Position numbers and translations under genes: made by a program. Below, piece by piece: positions 39,879-47,933 of a DNA stretch of 64,000 bases; position 1 is the stretch's first letter, and each line of letters starts with the position of its first letter. The DNA is from an uncultured delta proteobacterium (lineage in GTDB: Bacteria > Myxococcota_A > Polyangia > Fen-1088), in contig CAWCMR010000015.1 in assembly GCA_963796685.1 (NCBI GenBank), positions 256,001-320,000 of the forward strand, given 5' to 3'. A model generated the notes under the pieces. It ran no database searches. It was not told where the DNA came from and worked only from the letters and a program-made list of their open reading frames with translations.

Positions 39879-41708
39879 ATGGCAGACAACTCCGGTGTCA
39901 CTAGGCAGATCTGCGAGAGGTTCGGCAACGACAAGGGCCGGCTGATGGACATCTTCTTGAATGTCCAGGCGGAGGCCGGGTGCATCGCCTCCGGCGCCCT
40001 GGACGACATCGCCAAATCCCTATCGATCGGCCGGGTCGAGGTCGAAAGCGCGGCGACGTTTTACGCCTTCTTTTCGCGCGAGCCGCGCGGGCGATTCGTG
40101 ATCCGTCTGTGCAACGACATCATCGATCAGATCAAGGGCATGGACCGCATCGCCGCGGCCTTCCGCGCCGAGCTGGGAATCGACTTCGGCCAGACCACGC
40201 CCGACGGCCTGTTTTCCCTCGAATACACGCCTTGTATCGGCATGTGCGATCAGGCCCCGGCGCTGCTCGTCAACCACAAGGTCGTCACCCGCGTGTCCAC
40301 GGACATGGTGCACGAGATCGTGCAGACCCTGCGTGCCACCAAGAACCTGGAACAGCTCAAGCTCACCCTCGGGGACGGCAACAACGGCCATCCTCTCGTG
40401 CGTTCGATGGTGGTCAACAATCTGCGCGAGCCCGGCGCAGTGGTGTTCGCGCCGTCGACGCCTGGGGTCGCGTTGCAACGTGCGCTGTCCGAGCAGCCCG
40501 TCGAGCTCATCAAGATCGTCAAGGCGTCGCGCTTGCGCGGGCGTGGGGGCGCCGGTTTCCCGACCGGGATGAAGTGGGAATTCACCCGCGGCGCCGCCGG
40601 CGAGCGCAAGTTCGTGGTGTGCAATGCCGACGAGGGCGAGCCGGGGACGTTCAAGGACCGCGTGATCCTCACCGAGGCCGCGGGGCTGATGTTCGAGGGC
40701 ATGACCATCGCGGGTTATGCCATCGGCGCCAGCGAGGGCATCGTGTACCTGCGCGGCGAGTACGCCTACTTGCTGCAATTCCTCGAGGAGATCCTGGCCA
40801 AGCGGCGTGCCGCCGGATTGCTCGGCCGCGACATTCTCGGCAAATCGGGATTCAAGTTCGACATTCGCATCCAGCTTGGCGCCGGCGCCTACGTGTGCGG
40901 CGAGGAGACCGCGCTGCTCAGCTCGTGCGAAGGCAAGGCCGGCGACCCCAAGACCCGGCCGCCCTTCCCGGCGCAAAGGGGATATCTCGGCATGCCCACG
41001 GTGATCAACAACGTCGAGACCTTCTGTGCCGTTGCCCGCATCATCGAGAACGGCACGGGCTGGTTTACGTCGATGGGCACCCAGGGCAGCGCCGGCACCA
41101 AGGTGTTCAGCGTGTCCGGAGACTGCAACAGCCCCGGGGTCTACGAGCTTCCCTTCGGCATCACGGTCAGCGATCTGCTCGCCCGCGTGGGCGCGACCGA
41201 CACGCAAGCCGTGCAGGTGGGCGGCGCGTCCGGCCGCATGATCGGGCCGGCGGAATTCGGGCGCAAGCTGTGCTACGACGACCTCGCCACCGGCGGCTCG
41301 GTGATGGTGTTCGGGGCTGGGCGTGACGTGCTCGCCATCGCCCACGCCTTCATGGAGTTCTTCGTCGAGGAAAGCTGCGGCTACTGCACGCCCTGCCGGG
41401 TCGGCACGAGCCTGCTGTGCGAGAGGCTCGGGCGGTTCCTGGGCGGGAACGCAAGCCTGGCGGACATCGACTACCTGGAGAAGACCGGCAAAACCATGAA
41501 GACCGCCAGCCGCTGTGGTCTCGGGCAGACCGCAGCCAATCCGGTGCTGGGAACGATTCAAAGCTTCCGCAAAGAATACGAACGCAGGGTCAAGAGCAAC
41601 GGAAGCACGTTCGTTTCGTCGTTCGATCCCAGCAAGGCGGTGGCGATGGCGGCCGGGCTGGCAGGGCACGCATCCGAACATTTCGCCACCCAGAAAGGCG
41701 GGGTGTAG
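39879..41708 (+). CDS. hoxF: NAD-reducing [NiFe]-hydrogenase diaphorase subunit HoxF (NuoE+NuoF-like fusion)
   Basis: ATFYAFF, CIGMCDQAP, LRGRGGAGFPTG, CNADEGEPGTFKDR, GAYVCGEET and ESCGYCTPCR. Confidence 0.93.
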   Translation: MADNSGVTRQICERFGNDKGRLMDIFLNVQAEAGCIASGALDDIAKSLSIGRVEVESAATFYAFFSREPRGRFVIRLCNDIIDQIKGMDRIAAAFRAELGIDFGQTTPDGLFSLEYTPCIGMCDQAPALLVNHKVVTRVSTDMVHEIVQTLRATKNLEQLKLTLGDGNNGHPLVRSMVVNNLREPGAVVFAPSTPGVALQRALSEQPVELIKIVKASRLRGRGGAGFPTGMKWEFTRGAAGERKFVVCNADEGEPGTFKDRVILTEAAGLMFEGMTIAGYAIGASEGIVYLRGEYAYLLQFLEEILAKRRAAGLLGRDILGKSGFKFDIRIQLGAGAYVCGEETALLSSCEGKAGDPKTRPPFPAQRGYLGMPTVINNVETFCAVARIIENGTGWFTSMGTQGSAGTKVFSVSGDCNSPGVYELPFGITVSDLLARVGATDTQAVQVGGASGRMIGPAEFGRKLCYDDLATGGSVMVFGAGRDVLAIAHAFMEFFVEESCGYCTPCRVGTSLLCERLGRFLGGNASLADIDYLEKTGKTMKTASRCGLGQTAANPVLGTIQSFRKEYERRVKSNGSTFVSSFDPSKAVAMAAGLAGHASEHFATQKGGV

Positions 41709-41710
41709 CC

Positions 41711-42439
41711 ATGGCCGAGAAGGTCACCTTTACGATTGATGGCAAGGACGTCCAAGGCGAGCAGGGTCAGACCATTCTGCAGGCGGCGTCCCTATCCGGC
41801 ATCTACATCCCTCACCTGTGCGCCATGAAGGGCCTGACCCCCTGGGGAAGCTGCCGCGTGTGCACAGTGCTGGTCAACGGGCGACCGCAAGCTGCCTGCA
41901 CCATGCCCATCGCCGAGGGTATGGTGGTGGAAAACGAGACGGTCGAGCTGAAGGATCTGCGCAGCAGCCTGGTGGAGATGCTCTTCGTCGAGGGCAACCA
42001 CTACTGCATGTTCTGCGAGAAGAGCGGCAACTGCGAGCTGCAAGCCACGGCCTATCGCATGGGGATCCTGACGCCGCGCCACCCGTACATGTTCCCATCG
42101 CGCGAGGTGGACGCCAGCCATCCCGACGTGATGCTGGACTACAACCGCTGCATCCTGTGCGCGCGCTGCATTCGCGCCTCGCAAGAGCAGGACGGCAAGC
42201 ACGTGTTCCAGTTCATCGGCCGGGGTGCCCACAAGCGCCTCGGCGTGAATGCCGCGACCGGGGCCGGCGGGACCAACCTCAGCGTCACCGACAAGGCCGC
42301 CGAATCGTGTCCGGTCGGCTGCATCGTCAAGAAGCGCGTGGGCTTCGCCGTTCCCGTGGGCCAGCGCATGTACGACCAGAAACCCATCGGCAGCGAAATC
42401 GAATCCCGCAAGGCGGTCGCCCGCCAGGCGAGCAAGTAG
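41711..42439 (+). CDS. hoxU: NAD-reducing hydrogenase FeS subunit HoxU
   Basis: IPHLC...GSCRVC...AAC, EGNHYCMFCEKSGNCELQ and RCILCARC. Confidence 0.93.
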   Translation: MAEKVTFTIDGKDVQGEQGQTILQAASLSGIYIPHLCAMKGLTPWGSCRVCTVLVNGRPQAACTMPIAEGMVVENETVELKDLRSSLVEMLFVEGNHYCMFCEKSGNCELQATAYRMGILTPRHPYMFPSREVDASHPDVMLDYNRCILCARCIRASQEQDGKHVFQFIGRGAHKRLGVNAATGAGGTNLSVTDKAAESCPVGCIVKKRVGFAVPVGQRMYDQKPIGSEIESRKAVARQASK

Positions 42440-42447
42440 GTAGCACC

Positions 42448-42996
42448 ATGGCAAACAAACCAAAGTTGGCGACGGTTTCCCTTGCAGGCTGCTTCGGTTG
42501 TCACATGTCGGTGCTCGACATCGACGAGCGCATCCTCAAGCTGATAGAGCTGGTCGACTTCGACCGCTCGCCCATCAACGACATCAAGAAGATCGAGGGT
42601 CGCTGCGCGGTCGGCATCGTCGAGGGTGGCTGTTGCAACGAGGAGAACGTCCACGTGCTGCAGCACTTCCGCGAGCACTGCGATGTGCTCATTTCGACCG
42701 GCGACTGCGCCACCATGGGCGGAATCCCGGCCCTGCGCAACACCATCCCGCTTCAGGAGTGTCTCGAGGAGGCGTACCTCAAGGGGCCGACGGTGTACAA
42801 CCCGCGTGGCAAGATCCCGAGCGATCCCGAGATCCCGCTCTTGCTCGACAAGGTCTACCCCTGCCACGAGGTGGTCAAGATGGACTACCACTTGCCCGGG
42901 TGCCCGCCCTCGGCGGACACGCTTTGGGAGGCCTTGGTGGCGCTGTTGACCGGCAAGCCCATCGCGCTGCCTTACGAGCTCATCAAGTACGACTGA
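42448..42996 (+). CDS. hoxY: [NiFe]-hydrogenase small subunit HoxY
   Basis: SLAGCFGCHMS, GDCA and LPGCPP; 182 aa. Confidence 0.93.
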   Translation: MANKPKLATVSLAGCFGCHMSVLDIDERILKLIELVDFDRSPINDIKKIEGRCAVGIVEGGCCNEENVHVLQHFREHCDVLISTGDCATMGGIPALRNTIPLQECLEEAYLKGPTVYNPRGKIPSDPEIPLLLDKVYPCHEVVKMDYHLPGCPPSADTLWEALVALLTGKPIALPYELIKYD

Positions 42997-43003
42997 TGGA
43001 CGG

Positions 43004-43047
43004 TAGGACGACGATAGGACGACGATAGGACGACGATAGGACGACGA
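43004..43047. repeat. 11-bp tandem repeat x4 between hoxY and hoxH
   Basis: TAGGACGACGA at 43004, 43015, 43026 and 43037, followed by degenerate TAGGATGA TAGGA. Confidence 0.95.
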
Positions 43048-43072
43048 TAGGATGATAGGAGAAGGAATTCCG

Positions 43073-44506
43073 ATGAACGTTGCCAAGCGAATCGTCATCG
43101 AGCCTGTGACCCGGGTTGAGGGACACGGGAAGGTCACCATCCTGCTCGACGAGAACAAGAAGGTCATCCAGGCCCGCCTGCACGTCGTCGAGTTCCGCGG
43201 CTTCGAGCGCTTCATCCAGGGGCGTCCGTTCTGGGAGGTCCCGGTGTTGGTGCAGCGGCTGTGCGGCATCTGTCCGGTCAGCCACCACCTGGCGGCGGCC
43301 AAGGCCATGGACCGCATCGTGGGCGCCGAGAAGCTGACGCCCACGGCAGAGAAGATCCGCCGCCTCATGCACTACGGGCAGATGTACCAGTCGCACGCCT
43401 TGCACTTCTTTCACCTGTCGTCGCCCGATCTGTTGTTCGGCTTCGACGCGGACGTGGCGGTTCGCAACGTCATCGGCGTGGCGGGCAAGTTCCCGGATCT
43501 GGCCGTGCAGGCCGTGCTCATGCGCAAGTACGGGCAAGAGCTCATCAAGGCCACGGCGGGCAAGAAGATCCACGGTACGGGGGCCATCCCCGGCGGCGTG
43601 AACAAGAATCTGTCCGTTGCCGAGCGCGACGTATTTCTCAAGGACATCGACCAACAGCTCAAGTGGGCAAAGTCGGCGGTCAAGATCGCCAAGGACTACA
43701 CGGTCGAGAACCTGGCCAAGCTGGCGCCCTTCGGGTCATTCGATTCGAATCACTTGTCGCTGGTTCGCGCCGACGGCGCCATGGATCTCTACCATGGCAA
43801 CCTGCGCGCCATCGACGCCCAGGGCGGGACCATCTTCGACCAGGTCGACTACCAGCGGTACATCGACTTCATCGCCGAGGAAGTACGCGACTGGTCGTAC
43901 ATGAAGTTCCCCTTCATCCGCTCCATCGGACCGGAAAAGGGCTGGTACCGCGTGGGACCTTTGGCTCGTCTCAACACCGCCAGCTTCATCGACACGCCGC
44001 TGGCCGAAATCGAGCGCAAGGAATTTCGCGCGGTGACGGGCGGCAAGCCGAACAACATCACCATGGCCTACCACTGGGCGCGCATGGTCGAGCTTCTGCA
44101 CTCCATCGAGAAGATTCAGGAGCTGCTGAACCACAAGGATCTGCAAGGCAAGGATCTGGTGACCAAGGGCGAGCGGCGCGAGGTGGGCATCGGGCTCATC
44201 GAGGCGCCGCGCGGGACCTTGTTCCACCACTACAAGGTGGACAAGAACGATCAGGTCGTGTCGGCCAACCTCATCGTGTCGACCACCAACAACAACGAGC
44301 CCATGAACCGCGCCGTGGCCAAGGTGGCCCAGGATCACCTGCAAGGCGTGGAGATCACCGAGGGACTGCTCAACCACGTCGAGGTGGCCATTCGCGCCTA
44401 CGACCCGTGTCTGTCGTGCGCGACCCACGCGCTCGGTCAGATGGCCATGGAAATGACCCTGCTCGATCACCAGGGCCAGATCCTAGACCGAAAGAGCAGG
44501 GGATGA
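43073..44506 (+). CDS. hoxH: [NiFe]-hydrogenase large subunit HoxH (group 3d)
   Basis: EPVTRVEGHG, L1 motif RLCGICPVSH, EAPRGTLFHHY, and L2 motif DPCLSCATH followed by a cleavable tail. Confidence 0.95.
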   Translation: MNVAKRIVIEPVTRVEGHGKVTILLDENKKVIQARLHVVEFRGFERFIQGRPFWEVPVLVQRLCGICPVSHHLAAAKAMDRIVGAEKLTPTAEKIRRLMHYGQMYQSHALHFFHLSSPDLLFGFDADVAVRNVIGVAGKFPDLAVQAVLMRKYGQELIKATAGKKIHGTGAIPGGVNKNLSVAERDVFLKDIDQQLKWAKSAVKIAKDYTVENLAKLAPFGSFDSNHLSLVRADGAMDLYHGNLRAIDAQGGTIFDQVDYQRYIDFIAEEVRDWSYMKFPFIRSIGPEKGWYRVGPLARLNTASFIDTPLAEIERKEFRAVTGGKPNNITMAYHWARMVELLHSIEKIQELLNHKDLQGKDLVTKGERREVGIGLIEAPRGTLFHHYKVDKNDQVVSANLIVSTTNNNEPMNRAVAKVAQDHLQGVEITEGLLNHVEVAIRAYDPCLSCATHALGQMAMEMTLLDHQGQILDRKSRG

Positions 44507-45048
44507 CCCACACACCGGCCAAGATCCTTCTGTACGGCTTCGGCAATCCCGCCCGTGGTGACGATGGCCTGGGGCCGGCGTTGGCCGCGGCCATCGAGGA
44601 GCTTGGTATTCCGGACCTCACGGTGGACGCCAACTACCAACTGACAGTGGAAGACGCCGCCGAGATTGCCGGGTATGATGCCGTCGTGTTCGCCGATGCT
44701 GCCACCCAGGGACCCACGCCCTTCTGGTTCTCGCGTATCGACGACACGACCGTCGCGCGGGCCGGGAGCACCCTCGGATGGACCAGCCACAGCGTCAGCC
44801 CAGTGCAGGTCGTGGCCCTGGCACACGGCATGTTCGCCAGCAAGGTCGCGGCCTATACCCTCGGCATCCGCGGCTACGAGTTCTGCGAGCTCGACGAGGC
44901 CTTGTCTTCGCAGGCGATAGACAACTTGACCGAGGCCGTGACGTTTGCCCGCAAGGCGCTCGTCGAGCGCCGCTTCGACCACTACGTGCAGGAATTGGGC
45001 CCCCCCGCCGCCGGTCTTGTCGCCAGCGGCTCAACCTGGAAGGCGTAA
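44503..45048 (+). CDS. hoxW: Hydrogenase maturation protease
   Basis: GFGNPARGDDGLG, QLTVE, VFADA and SHS; ATGA overlap with hoxH. Confidence 0.88.
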   Translation: MTHTPAKILLYGFGNPARGDDGLGPALAAAIEELGIPDLTVDANYQLTVEDAAEIAGYDAVVFADAATQGPTPFWFSRIDDTTVARAGSTLGWTSHSVSPVQVVALAHGMFASKVAAYTLGIRGYEFCELDEALSSQAIDNLTEAVTFARKALVERRFDHYVQELGPPAAGLVASGSTWKA

Positions 45049-45050
45049 AC

Positions 45051-45428
45051 ATGAGAGATGGAAAGCACCTCATCCTTTGCGTCGATGACGACGCGGATCT
45101 TCTCGATCTTCTGCGCATGCAATTGGAGAAGGGCGGCTACGTGGTCGAGGCCGCGTTTTCCGCCGAAGAAGGCCTGGCCAAGTTCAAGCAGGTGAAACCC
45201 GACCTCATCATCCTCGATCTGATGATGGAAGAGATCGACGCCGGGACGAACCTGGTCAAGGAGCTGAAGCTCGCCGGAAATCAGGCGCCCATCCTCCTGC
45301 TCAGCTCGATGGGCGACCAGCTCAACCTGTCGACCGGGTACCGCGAGCTCGGCCTGGATGCCGTGTTCCAGAAGCCGGTGAACGCAGAAGCGCTATTGCG
45401 CACCATCAAGGCCAAATTGACGAAATAG
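45051..45428 (+). CDS. Single-domain response regulator (receiver only)
   Basis: ILCVDDD...PDLIILDLMMEEIDAG...QKPV; starts 2 nt after the hoxW stop. Confidence 0.9.
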   Translation: MRDGKHLILCVDDDADLLDLLRMQLEKGGYVVEAAFSAEEGLAKFKQVKPDLIILDLMMEEIDAGTNLVKELKLAGNQAPILLLSSMGDQLNLSTGYRELGLDAVFQKPVNAEALLRTIKAKLTK

Positions 45429-45467
45429 CGCTTGCGTCGGGGTGTTATCCGTCGGACAACCCCAAGC

Positions 45468-46841
45468 ATGGAATCGAGGACTAGCGAGGCCCTGATTCTC
45501 ACGCACAGTCTGTTGCTGGGTGAAAGGCTGTACCTATTCGCCCGGCTGCGCTTCGTTGCCGCCGCAGGGATTCTGGTAGGCGCGCTCTTCGCCACGTATG
45601 TCGTCGGAGTGCGGGGTCTCGACATTCCTGCGTTGGCGGGGGCTGCCGCGTTCCTGGCGGCGAACAACGTCTGGGTATTCCTCACGGTTCGCCCCTACCG
45701 TCGCCCAGGTGGCGGCAAATCAACCGAGCGCCGTCTGGTTTATGTCGCGCACCTTTCGATCCTGCTCGATTACCTGGTGCTGACCTTCGCCATCTGGCAG
45801 GTGGGCGGGGGACATTCGCCATTTCTCGCCTTCTACCTGCTGCATGCGATTCTGGCGTCCGTGCTGCTGTCCCGGGGCGCGGCCTATGGACACGCGGCCG
45901 TGGGGTATCTGCTTCTGGCCGGCCTCGTGCTTGGGGAATGGTACGGCGTGATCCCAAGGCACCGGCCGCTCGGGGCCGTTCACGCCGGGGGCGAAGGCGA
46001 CGTGTCGGTGGTCCTGACCGTGCTGTTCGTCTACGGCTTGCTCACCGCCGTTACGACCGTGCTCACCACCGGAATCGTTCGGCTGTTGCGCCACAACGAA
46101 CAGGGGTTGCTCGAGGCGAGCGAGCGGCTCGAAGGGTTGGCGGACCTGCGGCGGTCGTTTCTGCACGTGGTCCTGCACGATCTGCGCAGCCCCGTCGGTA
46201 CCGTGGTCACCATGCTGGAGGGGCTGGGCAGTGGGGTGGACGGCGAGTTGGGCGAGGCTGCCAAGACACGCGTGGATAGGGCAGGGGAAAAGTTGCGGGG
46301 CGTGCTCGAGCTGCTACGCAGCCTACGCGTCCTTGCCGATCTCGAAACCGAGCGACTCGAGGGCATGATGGCTCCCGTGGATGTGCTGGCCACGCTGCGC
46401 GCTGCGGTCGAGGAGCAGTCGGAGGCCGCCGAACAGAAGGGACAGCACCTGCAAATGGATCTGCCGGCAACGCTGCCGGCGATCCGCGGAATCGAGCGGC
46501 TTCTCCGCGAGGCCGTGGCGAACTACCTCACCAACGCCATCAAGTACGCCGATCCCAGCGGTCCCATCGAGGTTCGCGCGGCGCAAGCTGGCTCCTTCGT
46601 GCGCATCGAGGTCAGCGACCACGGTCCTGGCATCTCTGCGGAGGACCAAGCCCGCCTGTTCCAGGAGTTCGCCCGGGTCGGAAAACCGGGCTCTCGGCCG
46701 AGCAAGGCCACGGGGATCGGCCTCGGGCTCTCCATCGTACGCCGCATCGCGGAGGCGCATGAGGGCCGCGCTGGTGTCGAGAGCCAGGCCGGGAAGGGCA
46801 GTACGTTCTTCATCGAATTGCCGATAATCCGCCAAGTCTAG
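45468..46841 (+). CDS. Multi-pass membrane sensor histidine kinase
   Basis: Several N-terminal hydrophobic helices; H-box LHDLRSP; NAIKY, DHGPGI and GIGLGL. Confidence 0.9.
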   Translation: MESRTSEALILTHSLLLGERLYLFARLRFVAAAGILVGALFATYVVGVRGLDIPALAGAAAFLAANNVWVFLTVRPYRRPGGGKSTERRLVYVAHLSILLDYLVLTFAIWQVGGGHSPFLAFYLLHAILASVLLSRGAAYGHAAVGYLLLAGLVLGEWYGVIPRHRPLGAVHAGGEGDVSVVLTVLFVYGLLTAVTTVLTTGIVRLLRHNEQGLLEASERLEGLADLRRSFLHVVLHDLRSPVGTVVTMLEGLGSGVDGELGEAAKTRVDRAGEKLRGVLELLRSLRVLADLETERLEGMMAPVDVLATLRAAVEEQSEAAEQKGQHLQMDLPATLPAIRGIERLLREAVANYLTNAIKYADPSGPIEVRAAQAGSFVRIEVSDHGPGISAEDQARLFQEFARVGKPGSRPSKATGIGLGLSIVRRIAEAHEGRAGVESQAGKGSTFFIELPIIRQV

Positions 46842-46938
46842 AGAGCAGGGCGCGCAACCCCGGGGTCTCTTCTACTACTACTGCACGATCCACCTGGCCG
46901 CGATGATTCCGGCCAATGGCATGATCACGGTCGAGTAG

Positions 46939-47736
46939 CTACCCGACGAGCTCGGCCATGTTCTGCGACAAGGCCAATTCGAAATTCTCGGGCGAGAGCG
47001 GAAGACGGCGGAAGTTGGCCAGCTCGGCGGCTTGGTCGTTCCACGGCGAATCGGTGCCGAAGAGGATTCGCCGCGGACTGTGGCGCGCCAGAATCGTGGC
47101 CATGATGTCGGGCGGGCACCACAAGGGCGTAAAGCTGGTTTCCAGGTAGATGTCGCAGCCCACCAGGTAGTCGAGGACGCCCTGCCAGTCGTCCATGCCG
47201 CCGAGGTGACAGCCCACCAAACGCAGCGCCGGCACGAGGTCGTGCAGTCGCCGCAACCTGAGCGGCGAGCCCTCGTCGTGTTTCTCGAATGCGGGATGGT
47301 AGCCCCCGTGGACCTCGATGATCAATCCCGCGCGCTCGGCGGCCCGAGCGATGCGCAGGCAGCGCGCATCATCGAGCGCGCAGTGCATGTACTGCGGATG
47401 AAACTTGAGGCCGCGTAGGCCGAGGGAGGCGATGCGCTCGATCTCGCGCTCGGGCTCGGGATAGTCGGGATGAATCGACGGAAAGGGAATCAATCGGTCG
47501 CTGGCCACGCTGGCGCTCCAGTCGGTGATCTTCTCGACTTGGGTCAGCTTGGTCGCCACCGAGCAGAGCACGGCCCGGCGGATGCCCGCCCGATCCATCG
47601 ACGCGAGCAGCGCGGCGACGGTGCCGTCATGATGATTGCGCATTTCGTGCCACAGCCCTTGCCCGCACAGGGAGGTGACGGCGTGCTTGGCAATGCCGTC
47701 GGGAAATGCGTGCGCATGAGCGTCGATGATGTCCAA
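46939..47736 (-). CDS. Amidohydrolase_2 family metal-dependent hydrolase (start uncertain, up to 47799)
   Basis: IIDAHAH, GLKFHP, CHLGG and ILFGTDSPW. Confidence 0.85.
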   Translation of the reverse strand: MDIIDAHAHAFPDGIAKHAVTSLCGQGLWHEMRNHHDGTVAALLASMDRAGIRRAVLCSVATKLTQVEKITDWSASVASDRLIPFPSIHPDYPEPEREIERIASLGLRGLKFHPQYMHCALDDARCLRIARAAERAGLIIEVHGGYHPAFEKHDEGSPLRLRRLHDLVPALRLVGCHLGGMDDWQGVLDYLVGCDIYLETSFTPLWCPPDIMATILARHSPRRILFGTDSPWNDQAAELANFRRLPLSPENFELALSQNMAELVG

Positions 47737-47933
47737 AGCGGCGCGAGAATAGGGCCCGCCGTCGCTTCCGACAAGGTCCAACGCAAGAACCACTTTCACG
47801 GTGGGGAAGGCCAGCCCCCACGCGGATGTTGCGGAGCCGCATGTTCCGGGCGTTTTTCGGCGGAAGAGCCGAGGACCCGATTGATCGAACGGACCATCCA
47901 GCGGATGATGGACCTACGGCCGGAACCTCGCCC

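Noticed and set aside
44400-44430. Selenocysteine ([NiFeSe]) in HoxH
   Set aside because: The L2 motif is DPCLSC with normal Cys codons and no in-frame TGA.
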